IMG/VR virus record: IMGVR_UViG_3300045999_008996
Span: 124,001 to 188,000 of that record
Reading direction: 5' to 3' (one strand)
Length of the DNA: 64,000 nt
This document shows, piece after piece, positions 44,277-54,531 of this stretch. The notes beneath the pieces were generated by a model that had not been told where the DNA came from, did not search any database, and was given only the letters and a program-made list of their open reading frames with translations. The position numbers and the translations under genes were made by a program. Positions within the stretch are counted from its first letter, which is position 1; every line of letters starts with the position of its first letter.

Positions 44277-45079
44277 AAAGTATTATTCCTAATAGATTTT
44301 ATCCACCAACTAACTTTAAGTTTATCCATATTAAAAGTTTTATTAGAAAATTCTTCAAGTTTTTTATTCAAAAAATCTTCAGTTATTTCTTTAAATGATT
44401 TAACTATTACCACAGGAAGATCTGTTAAACATTTACAATGAATAGTGTTTTCTACAATTGGTATTATACCATGATACATAGATTCCCACAAACGATGCGT
44501 ATCAATTCCATTCCCACTTGGGCAAAGAATAAATTTATGATTATCTAACTGCGTTTTATATTCTTCCAATAATAAGTTTGGATGTTCAACAGAGCACCAT
44601 TCATTTGTTTGAAAGTAATCATATATCCATTTTCTACATTTAGAATTAGTTTCTATTCTATGATTTACATAAAGCAATTTTTTTGGAGATCCACTTTTTA
44701 TTAACTTATCATATTTTAATGTAATTGGGCAATAATCATTTGCAATACCAATAGGAATAGGAATCAAATCATTGTGATCATAATCTACATTTTGAGCATA
44801 CCATTTTGAGATGCATTTTGGTTTAGTAAAAAATAACTCTTCATCTACCGCATAATCTCCTTCATGAGTTATCAACTTTATATCTTTAATGTCATCTTCA
44901 TCTTTAAGAGTATCAAAAAGTAGAGGAACTAAGTCAATTTTGCAAAAAAGAATATTACCATCATCTAGTTCAAAGTTTTCATTCACATAAGTCTTGTGAG
45001 TTCCATTTTCAGGAATGGTTTCGGAAAAAATAACATCAGACTGTCTAGCAAAATTATATCCACTTAAAAAGTCATTCAT
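44273..45079 (-). CDS. Putative glycosyltransferase (exostosin/GT47-like C-terminus)
   Basis: F.LCP.GNG.DTHRLWE..IPI. Confidence 0.6.
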   Translation of the reverse strand: MNDFLSGYNFARQSDVIFSETIPENGTHKTYVNENFELDDGNILFCKIDLVPLLFDTLKDEDDIKDIKLITHEGDYAVDEELFFTKPKCISKWYAQNVDYDHNDLIPIPIGIANDYCPITLKYDKLIKSGSPKKLLYVNHRIETNSKCRKWIYDYFQTNEWCSVEHPNLLLEEYKTQLDNHKFILCPSGNGIDTHRLWESMYHGIIPIVENTIHCKCLTDLPVVIVKSFKEITEDFLNKKLEEFSNKTFNMDKLKVSWWIKSIRNNTL

Positions 45080-45729
45080 CGTATTCTTTCTCCCGTTTTT
45101 TCTCCACTATAAAGTGGTTCATCATTTTCATTGTATCCTTGTCCAATAAAATGATTTTTATCTCTAGTTTTCATCATCCAATCTACTTCCAGAAATCCAT
45201 GAATCATACAATCTTTTTCTGCATCTTTCCATATAATATCTTTTAAGAAAATTTGATCGGACGTGTAAAAATGATACTTAGCATAATTCTCCATAGTAGA
45301 GAGAATAGTATCATCTATCTTACCTTTCATTCCCCACATGCCAGCAAGCATTGGCCAATCATAATGTGGGTAATGATCTCTAATAATAGAAAACTTTTTA
45401 TCGCTTTTTAACCACTCATTGACACATCTTACTTCTCTTTCAGAAAGTCGAGAATCACTGTCTCTAGACAACACAATATCATCATCATTTTGAAACATAG
45501 AATAAAATCTCCAAAATGCCCCAAATATAGACTCATCTTCAACTTGTGCTAATTCAACATTGGGAAGTTTCAACATATCTTCAACATAATGTGTTGGAAC
45601 TGTGTCATTAATAAAAATTCTACAAGTCCAATCAGGAAACAATTCTTGTGCTATTTGAGCATTTTTAATTGCACCAATGGAATACGCGGGATTATTTCCC
45701 CACACGCTAATTGATATAATCTTTGCCAT
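45076..45729 (-). CDS. Putative glycosyltransferase-like protein
   Basis: ISISVWG...Y..GA..N..WRF..RD.DSR..RE..W..HIIRDH..MLAGMWG..DQ.FL. Confidence 0.55.
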   Translation of the reverse strand: MAKIISISVWGNNPAYSIGAIKNAQIAQELFPDWTCRIFINDTVPTHYVEDMLKLPNVELAQVEDESIFGAFWRFYSMFQNDDDIVLSRDSDSRLSEREVRCVNEWLKSDKKFSIIRDHYPHYDWPMLAGMWGMKGKIDDTILSTMENYAKYHFYTSDQIFLKDIIWKDAEKDCMIHGFLEVDWMMKTRDKNHFIGQGYNENDEPLYSGEKTGERIR

Positions 45730-47108
45730 TATTGAAAATATCCAGATAGTTTTTCTCTATCGTATTTACTGCCTTTGATAAGTGCAAATGCAGTTTTCAA
45801 TTCGTCATCAAGAGTTCTCCAGACTTCTTGCATTTCCTTTCCAGCAACATCCTTATTATAATTTGTTCCTGGGGGATGATCTATTGTATGATTATAATCA
45901 CGAATTACTGGACGACCATTAACAAAACAAATGGAAGCAAGAACAAGATCCCAACCCCAACCCATTTTGTTATTTGAGAAATCTACATTTTTTGTAGTCA
46001 TTTCCTGAATAATTTCTTTGCGAATAAACCAAACAGTTTCATCCGTACAAGCGACCATTTTTATATTTTCATGATCCGCTTGAATAGAATCAATATCAGT
46101 ATTTTCGGAAGAATACCAAGTGTAGTCAATATTTGGTGCATAAATTCCTGCATCATAATAATCAAAATATGTCCTTGCATCTTCTACAAGTTTTTCCCAA
46201 TTATCATAAGAAACATCTCCCTGAACGTGCATCAGAATATCACCATCAAATAATTCAAGTGCTTTTCTGAATTGATCACTGAAATATGCATCATCACCAA
46301 GATCAACCCAACCATCTCTAGTATTATTGTCATCACTATTGATAACAGTTACTTTATCAAAAATCTTAGAAAGAGAATCTTCAACTGCACAAGTTTTATC
46401 GAATTGATTATTCCAATTAAAAATAAAAGGTTGAATGTTCATATAATTTAGTTTAATTAAAGATTTCAGTTGATCAATTTCTTCTTTGTGTTTTGAATAT
46501 GGTCTAGGACAGTGTGCATCAATATAAGATATATCTCGCATTGTCCAATAGACTCTATCTAGTCTATTTTTTGCCATTCCATATTCCCATTCTCTATTAT
46601 ACTTTACTTTATCAAAAGAACAATTATCAATTCTTTCAGTAATGTATAACTCATCTGTATTCCATCCCAATCCTAGAGAATTAAGACGTAAAACAAATTC
46701 TTCCCAAGTTTCATTTTCATTCTCTAATGCAATGGAAGAAAGAACTTTCCCATATGCAGAAAGATAACACATTGGATATCTTTTACCTTCGTGTGCATCA
46801 GAAGAATAGATTATAATTTGATTATCAGACTTTGGAAGTTTTGACCAATAATAATTTTGATCAAATGGAAGCATATCAATATCTGTAGTCAAAACTATTC
46901 TATCTGGAAATGATTTTGCTACATATAATCTAACAATTTGAGATTGTAAAGAAGACTCTACTCCAGGAATAAGTGGAAATTGTTCGGTTCCTATCCGTGC
47001 GTAAAATGGTTCGAATCCCAAAGTTTCCCACATTTCGGAAACTAAGGGAGAAAACTCAGAATAATCTGGATTACTGTCACTAGAAAATATTGCTATTGGT
47101 TTTTGCAT
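45729..47108 (-). CDS. Two-domain putative glycosyltransferase
   Basis: TDIDM DxD motif in the first domain; second domain begins MNIQPF. Confidence 0.5.
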   Translation of the reverse strand: MQKPIAIFSSDSNPDYSEFSPLVSEMWETLGFEPFYARIGTEQFPLIPGVESSLQSQIVRLYVAKSFPDRIVLTTDIDMLPFDQNYYWSKLPKSDNQIIIYSSDAHEGKRYPMCYLSAYGKVLSSIALENENETWEEFVLRLNSLGLGWNTDELYITERIDNCSFDKVKYNREWEYGMAKNRLDRVYWTMRDISYIDAHCPRPYSKHKEEIDQLKSLIKLNYMNIQPFIFNWNNQFDKTCAVEDSLSKIFDKVTVINSDDNNTRDGWVDLGDDAYFSDQFRKALELFDGDILMHVQGDVSYDNWEKLVEDARTYFDYYDAGIYAPNIDYTWYSSENTDIDSIQADHENIKMVACTDETVWFIRKEIIQEMTTKNVDFSNNKMGWGWDLVLASICFVNGRPVIRDYNHTIDHPPGTNYNKDVAGKEMQEVWRTLDDELKTAFALIKGSKYDREKLSGYFQ

Positions 47109-47755
47109 TTTAATTCATGAATACGATATATGGAATTTACATCCCCTTTGTTTAAAATTCGGTAATGATAATAAGAAATATCCAAATCATCGGATATTTC
47201 TCCTGGATTTAGATCAATTCGTTTCGCTGACGGATCAATTTGAACTCCCAAAACTTGAGTTACAAATTTTCCTATCATCACATCATCACACCAACCGGGC
47301 ATTCCATAATTATACAATACCTCTTTATTTTTAACAATTTCTTTTACCAGATCCTTTGAAAGAAAATATCCACTACCTGAAGCAAAATCTACTCTATTCA
47401 ATTCTCCGTGACATCCGCAATAAAATTTTTCTAGAGGTTTATCTTCAACAAATTCACTAACAAGATTCAAATCAAAATATCCTGTTGAATTGCATCTAAA
47501 AATATAATCAAAATCTGATTCCAAAAATGTTTCATAAGCAGAGAGAGTTTTATATAGGCAAATATCCAAAGACTCTCTTCTATTTACATAAAAAGAATCG
47601 TTTTCGTCCCAAAAAATACTTTCACCACCACCATACATAAAAATTGTCTTTACATTTTCTGGAGATCTAGAAGCCCAGGTTTCTTTAGCAGCAGTATCTA
47701 TAGGACCATAATGACCTTCTTTACAAGCAAGAACTAAATTTAAAATACTTTTCAT
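47093..47755 (-). CDS. Putative galactosyltransferase-like (GT31-type) protein
   Basis: KT..A..DYIFR.N..FASGSGY.LS.DLV..DDV.IG. Confidence 0.6.
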   Translation of the reverse strand: MKSILNLVLACKEGHYGPIDTAAKETWASRSPENVKTIFMYGGGESIFWDENDSFYVNRRESLDICLYKTLSAYETFLESDFDYIFRCNSTGYFDLNLVSEFVEDKPLEKFYCGCHGELNRVDFASGSGYFLSKDLVKEIVKNKEVLYNYGMPGWCDDVMIGKFVTQVLGVQIDPSAKRIDLNPGEISDDLDISYYHYRILNKGDVNSIYRIHELKCKNQ

Positions 47756-48459
47756 CTCGATAAAAACCTCTTTCTCATATACTCTAAATTATCTGTTTGT
47801 ATGTCATCCCATTTCATAAGTGCATCACCATCAATACTATTTGAAATATCGATACCTTCGCATTTACAAATATAACCAATTACTCTTTCAGAAAATTGTC
47901 CATGATTAAATGTTTCGGATTTTATGTTTTCCAATACTTTTTTATTATCTAAAAGTTTTACAAAATCGTTTGAATATATTCCCATTGTTCCAAATATTGC
48001 ATAAAAGTCATTAGAAAAATATCCATTAATATCATTATCATAATCAATTTTTTCAAAAATATCATTCATCCATTGTATATACTCTTTCTTAATATCAGAA
48101 TCTACATCATTTAAAGTTTCTAATGGGGAACTAAAATGCATAAAAACTTTAATTCTATCAAGAGAATCAATAAAACTCTGAATTGATTTTTTTAATGATA
48201 CGGAGTCATGCATCAAAACATAATATCCTTCATCTGGATATTTTTCGTATGCACATTTCAATGCTCCAATTAATCTATATGGATTTGATACATCTAGTAT
48301 TTCTACGTTATTATATTCTTCTATATCTTTATAGTAAGATTTATCATTGGATCCAGAATCAACCAAAACAATTTTTTCCGTTGGGTGAATCTGTGTTATC
48401 GACTTTATAGAATCTAAAATTGGAGATCGAGAATCGTATTTGCAAGGAATTACAAACAT
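47752..48459 (-). CDS. Putative GT-A fold glycosyltransferase
   Basis: IVLVDSGS..MHDS..ER. Confidence 0.5.
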   Translation of the reverse strand: MFVIPCKYDSRSPILDSIKSITQIHPTEKIVLVDSGSNDKSYYKDIEEYNNVEILDVSNPYRLIGALKCAYEKYPDEGYYVLMHDSVSLKKSIQSFIDSLDRIKVFMHFSSPLETLNDVDSDIKKEYIQWMNDIFEKIDYDNDINGYFSNDFYAIFGTMGIYSNDFVKLLDNKKVLENIKSETFNHGQFSERVIGYICKCEGIDISNSIDGDALMKWDDIQTDNLEYMRKRFLSR

Positions 48460-48473
48460 AAAAACTTAATATA

Positions 48474-49277
48474 CTAATTTTCATACCAAATAACATTCCA
48501 GTTATCTAGTTTTGGTTTTAACAACATATTTAGATATGGATTATTGCAGTCTGGACCATCACACTTTCTATGCCATTCGGTTCTTGCATATGCATGAAGA
48601 TTAATTTTAACATTCTTCATCAGATTTTTTGATTGTAAATGATATACAAAAAGAGCAACCGAATTTTCAATTAAATGAACTTCTTTTGCATTCTCAATAA
48701 CTTTTACTGTATCTACAAAATTTGAAGATAGACGATGCAAATTTACAATAGATTTATTATTAACGTATTTTCTGTTTATATTAAATGGATTGTAATCACA
48801 AATAGCAGCATAATCAGATTCAAGTTTTAACGAATTAAATAATTCATTTTCATCATCGACCAGTCGTTCAAAATAAAAATTATCAATTCTCATTGAACGA
48901 GGAAATCCCATATGAACGTAAAACTGAGATGCATTATCTGTTATTTTTTGGTCTCCAACATTTATGTTAAGTGCTATTCCAATCTTCCTAAGTTTATTAT
49001 AATAGTTTCTATCATAATTTCCTTCGTGATAATAAAGTTCTCCGACTCTAGTATCAATAATATCAAAAGAATCTTCACTTAAGCATCTATCGTGATATTC
49101 TATAAATCCCAGAGGAATTACATTTTTATTATCATGAAATAAAGATCGAACAAAAGAAGCGCAAATATCAGTTACAACATATACCTTATCATATTTTTCC
49201 AAAAGGAATCTAATCATTCCATTATTAGAAATATAATCTCCAATAGCATCATAACCAATAAAAAATATATCTTTCAT
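48474..49277 (-). CDS. Hypothetical protein (glycan-island, GT-B-like N-terminus)
   Basis: IGD.I..NGMIR motif; island context. Confidence 0.45.
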   Translation of the reverse strand: MKDIFFIGYDAIGDYISNNGMIRFLLEKYDKVYVVTDICASFVRSLFHDNKNVIPLGFIEYHDRCLSEDSFDIIDTRVGELYYHEGNYDRNYYNKLRKIGIALNINVGDQKITDNASQFYVHMGFPRSMRIDNFYFERLVDDENELFNSLKLESDYAAICDYNPFNINRKYVNNKSIVNLHRLSSNFVDTVKVIENAKEVHLIENSVALFVYHLQSKNLMKNVKINLHAYARTEWHRKCDGPDCNNPYLNMLLKPKLDNWNVIWYEN

Positions 49278-49720
49278 ATAAAAGCGGGATAATCAGTACA
49301 AACAGCAAAAGCACCATCAAAACAAGTAGTATCAGTCAATCCAACAATATCATCTTTACCAATCAAAGGTATAATAACATTATTATCAATCTTCATAGAA
49401 AGATCATGTAACCAAATCTTTCCAGTTGTAGTATAAGTAAAAGGATCGTTGGTATGACAAAATGAATGGTATGTCCAGCATTCAACTGCTGCTTCTGAAT
49501 TTTTACAATGGATCCAAAGATAGTTTCTACGTTTATCTATCCAATTATGATCAATTTTATATTGTGGTTCATCATGACCTAACCACAATTCCCCATTAAT
49601 AGATCTAACATCAATTTCTACATCATACCCATTTCCAATGGCACAATCAATATAAGTGGGTCTATTTTCTTTATCGGGAACTGGACCACGAATGTTCCCC
49701 CTATGAGAAATAATTTTCAC
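49274..49720 (-). CDS. Glycerophosphodiester-phosphodiesterase-like protein
   Basis: IISHRGN..EN..GYDVEIDV..HD..W.HCKN..CTDY. Confidence 0.7.
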   Translation of the reverse strand: MKIISHRGNIRGPVPDKENRPTYIDCAIGNGYDVEIDVRSINGELWLGHDEPQYKIDHNWIDKRRNYLWIHCKNSEAAVECWTYHSFCHTNDPFTYTTTGKIWLHDLSMKIDNNVIIPLIGKDDIVGLTDTTCFDGAFAVCTDYPAFI

Positions 49721-50028
49721 AGTTCTTCAATCCTCAATGCTTTATCTTCTATAAACAAATCGTAAAATGGTTTATCGACTTTTAGTTCATGATATTTTGC
49801 TCCCCATTCAGCAAGTTGATTACGTGTCAAATCTTTCCAATCAATTTGCTTTCTGGATCCACGAGCAGTCCAATAAACTATTGTGTGACCTTCATCATAT
49901 AGTTTATTGATTTTTTCTATATTTTCTACTATAGGTTTTGCTTTTGTATAATCATGGGTTGTTCCAAAGTCAACAGAAGTTTCCCGATGACAAATGGTTT
50001 CATCAATATCAACATAAATGACTTTCAT
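49717..50028 (-). CDS. HAD-family phosphatase (capsule-biosynthesis type)
   Basis: DIDETIC, WTARG, KP.YD.FIEDK. Confidence 0.8.
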   Translation of the reverse strand: MKVIYVDIDETICHRETSVDFGTTHDYTKAKPIVENIEKINKLYDEGHTIVYWTARGSRKQIDWKDLTRNQLAEWGAKYHELKVDKPFYDLFIEDKALRIEEL

Positions 50029-50690
50029 TGATACATATTTCTCCTGTAGTTTTCATTTGGGCAAGTATCAACATCAGCAACTTCTTGTTTGGTAAGGAAC
50101 TTAACTCCACCTAGAAGTTTTGCTCCAACAAAAATATCAGCAGATTTTTCACACATTAATGTTGCGGCGGCACAATCTTTTTTAGATGCAGATGCTGTGA
50201 TTATACCATGGTTTTGTAGAAGTATCAACTTAGGAAAAAATCCTTCACAATCGATAAATCTAGAAACATGTTCCTCAACTAATTTTAAAATTGCTTCTCC
50301 CGGAGGAGCATAAGGAATGACACAAGATTTGGTCCCGTTTCTAACAATTTGATCAGGAAACCATCTATTATTTGCAAATTGATATAATTGATTTGAACAA
50401 AGAATCTTTGTAGTATTAGGTGGATGTGTATGAGCAATAAAATTTATTTCTGGGTAAGTTCTCATAATCCAAGCGTGAAAAGAAGTTTCAATGCTTGGTT
50501 TTTTTTGTAAAAGTTCTATTTGAACTCCACGAATATTACACAAAGTCAAGTCTTCTTCTGATAAAGTATGAAGACTTGTTCCACTTGCTTTAATTACAAA
50601 AGTATTTTCACTTTTTCGCATTGAAACATTTCCTTCACCGCAAATAGTATAATCACTAATTTCGTGTGCTAAATCTAGTATTTCAGACAT
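50025..50690 (-). CDS. Class II aldolase/adducin-family protein
   Basis: GNVS.R..ASG..PSIE..H..IAHTHP..LLQNHG. Confidence 0.85.
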   Translation of the reverse strand: MSEILDLAHEISDYTICGEGNVSMRKSENTFVIKASGTSLHTLSEEDLTLCNIRGVQIELLQKKPSIETSFHAWIMRTYPEINFIAHTHPPNTTKILCSNQLYQFANNRWFPDQIVRNGTKSCVIPYAPPGEAILKLVEEHVSRFIDCEGFFPKLILLQNHGIITASASKKDCAAATLMCEKSADIFVGAKLLGGVKFLTKQEVADVDTCPNENYRRNMYQ

Positions 50691-51810
50691 CTTTAATAAA
50701 AGTTTCTATGGTATTTAGATTTACTCTCCAAGGTGAATTTAAACCACCAGAAATAGAAAGAGCACCATCACTATCAATAGTTTCTTCAATTTTTTCAACA
50801 AACTCAGTATCATTAAAATGATGAAGTTGAGTGTGCATCATCGAATACTCAAAGCGAGTATTAACATCAAAGAACAGAGGACTATTAATTGAAATAACTT
50901 TTGTTTCTGGTGGAGAAAAAATTACATTACACATACCACCACCAATAGGACCAGCAACATACTTTGCAGAATTGAAGAGTCCAATCTTTTCTTTCATCGT
51001 CATATTTTCACAAAAGACTTCTTCATATCCTAAAGACTTGAAGAGTTCTGCTACTTCATCTTCATTCACACAACGACGACGTTCTGTGTAATTAGTGCCG
51101 ATGTTTTCGAAGTTATTATGCAACCAAGTTCTACGTGAAATATAAATTTTTTCTGGTCCTTTATACTCTCCTTTCATACGGTTGATAATATCAAATACTC
51201 CTGAGTGTGGTGGAGTGTTTGATAGTCCATTGTGAGTCAAAGAAGACCCAACTACAACTGTGTTGTATAAGGTATCGGGATTCAAGAATATAACATCTTT
51301 CTTTCTTATTCCCAGAAGTTCTAGACATTCCCAAACAAATGGATATAAATCGTCTTTTCCCTCTGGGGGACTTATAAGAAGTTTTAGTTCTGGATGAATC
51401 TGCTTCTCATTAAAATATGAATAAAGATAAGGTAACGTATCGTATATAAAGTGGAAATAATTTGCAGTATTATAAACAAAATAAAATACTGGAAGAGAGC
51501 AAAAATTTTTAAAGTAAAATGGATGATTTATTTCATATGCCATTGTCTCTTCATAAACTGTGCCACGACCAAGAGACATAAACATCTCTTTTGTTGGAAG
51601 AATCAATTTATGAGTTTGATGTGAATAAATCAGTGGTTGTGGATAATGTTTTGACAATCCAGTAAATTGGCAGGAAAAGAAATATGCAACTTCAATATCC
51701 CTACCATTTTCATCTTTTTCTTTTATCAGTCTAGTTCTTCCAGAATTCCAATATTCAATTGGTAAAATAGTCTTTTGAATACTCATAAGGATGCCAATCA
51801 ACTTTATCAA
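50683..51810 (-). CDS. Glycosyltransferase family 61 (DUF563)-like
   Basis: NYFHF..D.LP..YISRR..R...NE.E..E.M...E.I.LF..A..V.G..GGGM.N..F. Confidence 0.75.
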   Translation of the reverse strand: MIKLIGILMSIQKTILPIEYWNSGRTRLIKEKDENGRDIEVAYFFSCQFTGLSKHYPQPLIYSHQTHKLILPTKEMFMSLGRGTVYEETMAYEINHPFYFKNFCSLPVFYFVYNTANYFHFIYDTLPYLYSYFNEKQIHPELKLLISPPEGKDDLYPFVWECLELLGIRKKDVIFLNPDTLYNTVVVGSSLTHNGLSNTPPHSGVFDIINRMKGEYKGPEKIYISRRTWLHNNFENIGTNYTERRRCVNEDEVAELFKSLGYEEVFCENMTMKEKIGLFNSAKYVAGPIGGGMCNVIFSPPETKVISINSPLFFDVNTRFEYSMMHTQLHHFNDTEFVEKIEETIDSDGALSISGGLNSPWRVNLNTIETFIKDV

Positions 51811-53317
51811 AAAATCTTTGCCAATATTCGTAAGTCTTTAAATCGTTAGGAGTTCCCCAACAAATGTATTCATCAACGGTAAAGTTTTTAACTTTATATC
51901 CCATTTCAATAGCAGAATTGATTAGATTATCTACGTAATATTCACCATTTGTTTTGGTATTAGTAAAATAAAGATTCTTTAGAGGTTCAATAAATTTCTC
52001 TTTATTTCTAAAGAACATTGTTCCAACAATGGCATTTCCTTTAAGAGGATCATCTCCTTTAAATTCTTTTACATTTACTTTCGTAATGTTATCATCACCA
52101 TCAATATCTAACCAAGAATACATATTCGGATTATGCTTACTAGCATAATTTCTGGTATAACTCCAAACTATAATATCATTAGATTCGTCATTTACCAAAT
52201 CAACAAATTCATATGGATCATAAAAAACTCCATTATCGCAGGCGGAAATTAAAACTGCAAGTTTGGGATCAACATTTTCCAAAATCTTTTCGCAAGTGCA
52301 AGCTTGACCTTGAAGAACATTATCGATCCAAACTATTTCACCATTTAAATCAACAAACTCTTGATGATCTTTTAAACATCCATATATTACTTTATCTGTT
52401 CTTGGTAAGCATCTTACTGCTTGATCTACCATTCTTTTTTCATTAATAGGAATAAAAGGTTTTGGTAAATCATATCCTTCAGACTTAAATCTACTTCCTT
52501 CTCCAGCCATTGGAAGCACTGTTACAGAATCGACTAAAACTGCTTTTGGTATTTGGAATAATGATTTAATATTATATGAAGACCATTTTCTATAAAAGTC
52601 TAAATCGGAAGGTGTTCCCCACTGCAGCATATGAGGAACTTCAAAAACAAAAGAATTTAATTCATCTTCATTCAATAAATTGTAAATTAAACTCACATAA
52701 TATTCACCATTAATATTAACATCTTCATCCATTAACTGCTGGAAGTATTTTTTAACATAATAACCTTTTCTAAAATAATAAGTTCCAGTAGATGCAAATT
52801 CAGACATTTTATTGTCTGTAAATGGTTGCTTTTCTCTGATTTCTAATATTCTATTATTATCTTCTACTTTACAGAATGCATAATTATCGCTACCCAGCAT
52901 ATGTGGATGGAATCCAGTATAACAAACCACTGCTCCATCACACCGAGTATCATTTACAAACTGTTCAAATTCATTGTAATTCCAATACATTGAAAAATCA
53001 CAGTAATTTACTATGACTTGCTCGTCATCTTTGATGATATCAAAAATCTTTGATACTGTATAAACTGGACCCAACTTATGAGATGGTATGCTTAAAATAG
53101 TCTTATTTTCAACTAAGTCATTCAAAACTTCTTGAATATTTGTAGTTTTAGAATGAATATCATTTACTATAAAAATAAATTCAGAATCTTTTGGAAAAAG
53201 ATCTACAATATGCTTTATTACAGTTTTTCCATCTACTTCAATTAAGTATTTTGGTTCATCATATCCAGCAGCAGAAAACCTGCTGCTCATACCAGACATT
53301 GGAATTATAATTTTCAT
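51755..53317 (-). CDS. Tandem sugar-nucleotidyltransferase-like protein
   Basis: Two NTP-transferase halves: IIPMSG.SSRF..GY..PK and LPMAG.GSRF..GY..PKP; WGTP.DL ends both. Confidence 0.8.
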   Translation of the reverse strand: MKIIIPMSGMSSRFSAAGYDEPKYLIEVDGKTVIKHIVDLFPKDSEFIFIVNDIHSKTTNIQEVLNDLVENKTILSIPSHKLGPVYTVSKIFDIIKDDEQVIVNYCDFSMYWNYNEFEQFVNDTRCDGAVVCYTGFHPHMLGSDNYAFCKVEDNNRILEIREKQPFTDNKMSEFASTGTYYFRKGYYVKKYFQQLMDEDVNINGEYYVSLIYNLLNEDELNSFVFEVPHMLQWGTPSDLDFYRKWSSYNIKSLFQIPKAVLVDSVTVLPMAGEGSRFKSEGYDLPKPFIPINEKRMVDQAVRCLPRTDKVIYGCLKDHQEFVDLNGEIVWIDNVLQGQACTCEKILENVDPKLAVLISACDNGVFYDPYEFVDLVNDESNDIIVWSYTRNYASKHNPNMYSWLDIDGDDNITKVNVKEFKGDDPLKGNAIVGTMFFRNKEKFIEPLKNLYFTNTKTNGEYYVDNLINSAIEMGYKVKNFTVDEYICWGTPNDLKTYEYWQRFFDKVDWHPYEYSKDYFTN

Positions 53318-53341
53318 ATATTCTTCAGTATTGAATTATAT

Positions 53342-54385
53342 TTATTTTTTCAATTGAGAGTTAATCCAATTATATGTTTTTTCAATACCTTCTTCTAAAG
53401 TCATACTGTAGTCCCAACCAAGTTTTTCGCGAATTAGATCATTATTTGAATTGCGACCACGAACACCAAGAGGACCGTCAATATGATTCTTTTCTACTAC
53501 TTTATTAGCAACTCTAGCAGCAGTATCAACAAGTTGATTGATTGTAACCATTTCTTCTGATCCAATATTAACTGGACCCATGAAATCACTATTCATCATT
53601 CTGCGGGTTGCTTCAATGCATTCATCAATATACAGGAAAGAACGAGTCTGTAAACCGTCTCCCCACACATCAATGGTTCCACCTTCCTCTGGAAGGTAGG
53701 CAACTTTACGGCAGATTGCTGCAGGAGATTTTTCCCTTCCTCCTTCCCAGGTTCCTTCAGGTCCAAAGATATTATGATACCTAGCAACCCTGACAGGAAT
53801 ACCGTAGTTCCTATGATAAGCGAAGTAAAGACGCTCTGAGAAGAGTTTTTCCCAACCATATTCTGAGTCTGGGTTTGCTGGATATGCGGACTCTTCACGA
53901 CAATCAGGATTGTCTGGATCTAATTGATTATGCTCTGGATACATGCAGGCAGATCCAGAGTAGAAAATCTTAGTTTTGTTTACTTCTTTGAAATCATTCA
54001 GTTGTCTTTGTGCTTCAAGAACATTCAAATTGATTGTTGCAGAGTTGTGCATGATATCAGCATCGTTCTCACCAGTGAAAACGAATCCCGCACCACCCAT
54101 ATCAGCAGCAAACTGATAAATTTCGTCAAAGGTTTCAATGTACCTACTAGGAACAAAATTATAAAAATTTCTATAAGGACCTTTATATTGAAGAACTCTC
54201 TCTACAAAATTTAAGTCTCGCAGATCTCCAATAACAAATTCATGTGCTTCGCTTTCAGAATATTCTGGTAGTTTAAGGTCTACACCACGTACCCAATAAC
54301 CTTCAGATCGTAGTCTTTTTACCATGTGACTTCCAATGAAACCACCAGCACCAAGAACAAGTGCTGTTTTCTTATATTCACTCAT
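53342..54385 (-). CDS. GDP-mannose 3,5-epimerase-like extended SDR
   Basis: GAGGFIG, FAADMGGAGF, YSGSACMYPE, YGWEK, RYHNI.GP.G.W.GGREK.PAA. Confidence 0.85.
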   Translation of the reverse strand: MSEYKKTALVLGAGGFIGSHMVKRLRSEGYWVRGVDLKLPEYSESEAHEFVIGDLRDLNFVERVLQYKGPYRNFYNFVPSRYIETFDEIYQFAADMGGAGFVFTGENDADIMHNSATINLNVLEAQRQLNDFKEVNKTKIFYSGSACMYPEHNQLDPDNPDCREESAYPANPDSEYGWEKLFSERLYFAYHRNYGIPVRVARYHNIFGPEGTWEGGREKSPAAICRKVAYLPEEGGTIDVWGDGLQTRSFLYIDECIEATRRMMNSDFMGPVNIGSEEMVTINQLVDTAARVANKVVEKNHIDGPLGVRGRNSNNDLIREKLGWDYSMTLEEGIEKTYNWINSQLKK

Positions 54386-54411
54386 AAACGAATAAATTAC
54401 TCCTAGTATAT

Positions 54412-54447
54412 ATTATACAAAAAAAGGAGGTTGTTGTCAACCTCCTC
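54412..54447 (-). promoter_or_regulatory. Terminator hairpin containing a consensus sigma70 promoter
   Basis: GGAGGTT-GACAAC-AACCTCC-T7 with TTGACA-17-TATAAT. Confidence 0.8.
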
Positions 54448-54454
54448 AAGTTAT

Positions 54455-54526
54455 TCAGGCTCGCCACCAATTCTTTGACTGGAAATTGGAAACCAGGCGG
54501 GAGAGAGTCCCATCCGCACCAGCAAG
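54455..54526 (-). ncRNA. wcaG-type structured RNA upstream of the epimerase
   Basis: GGTGCGGATGGGA-CTCTC-TCCCGCCTGG..CCAG..GGTGGCGAGCC; resembles the cyanophage wcaG motif (from memory) and sits in the expected context. Confidence 0.6.
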
Positions 54527-54531
54527 AATTT

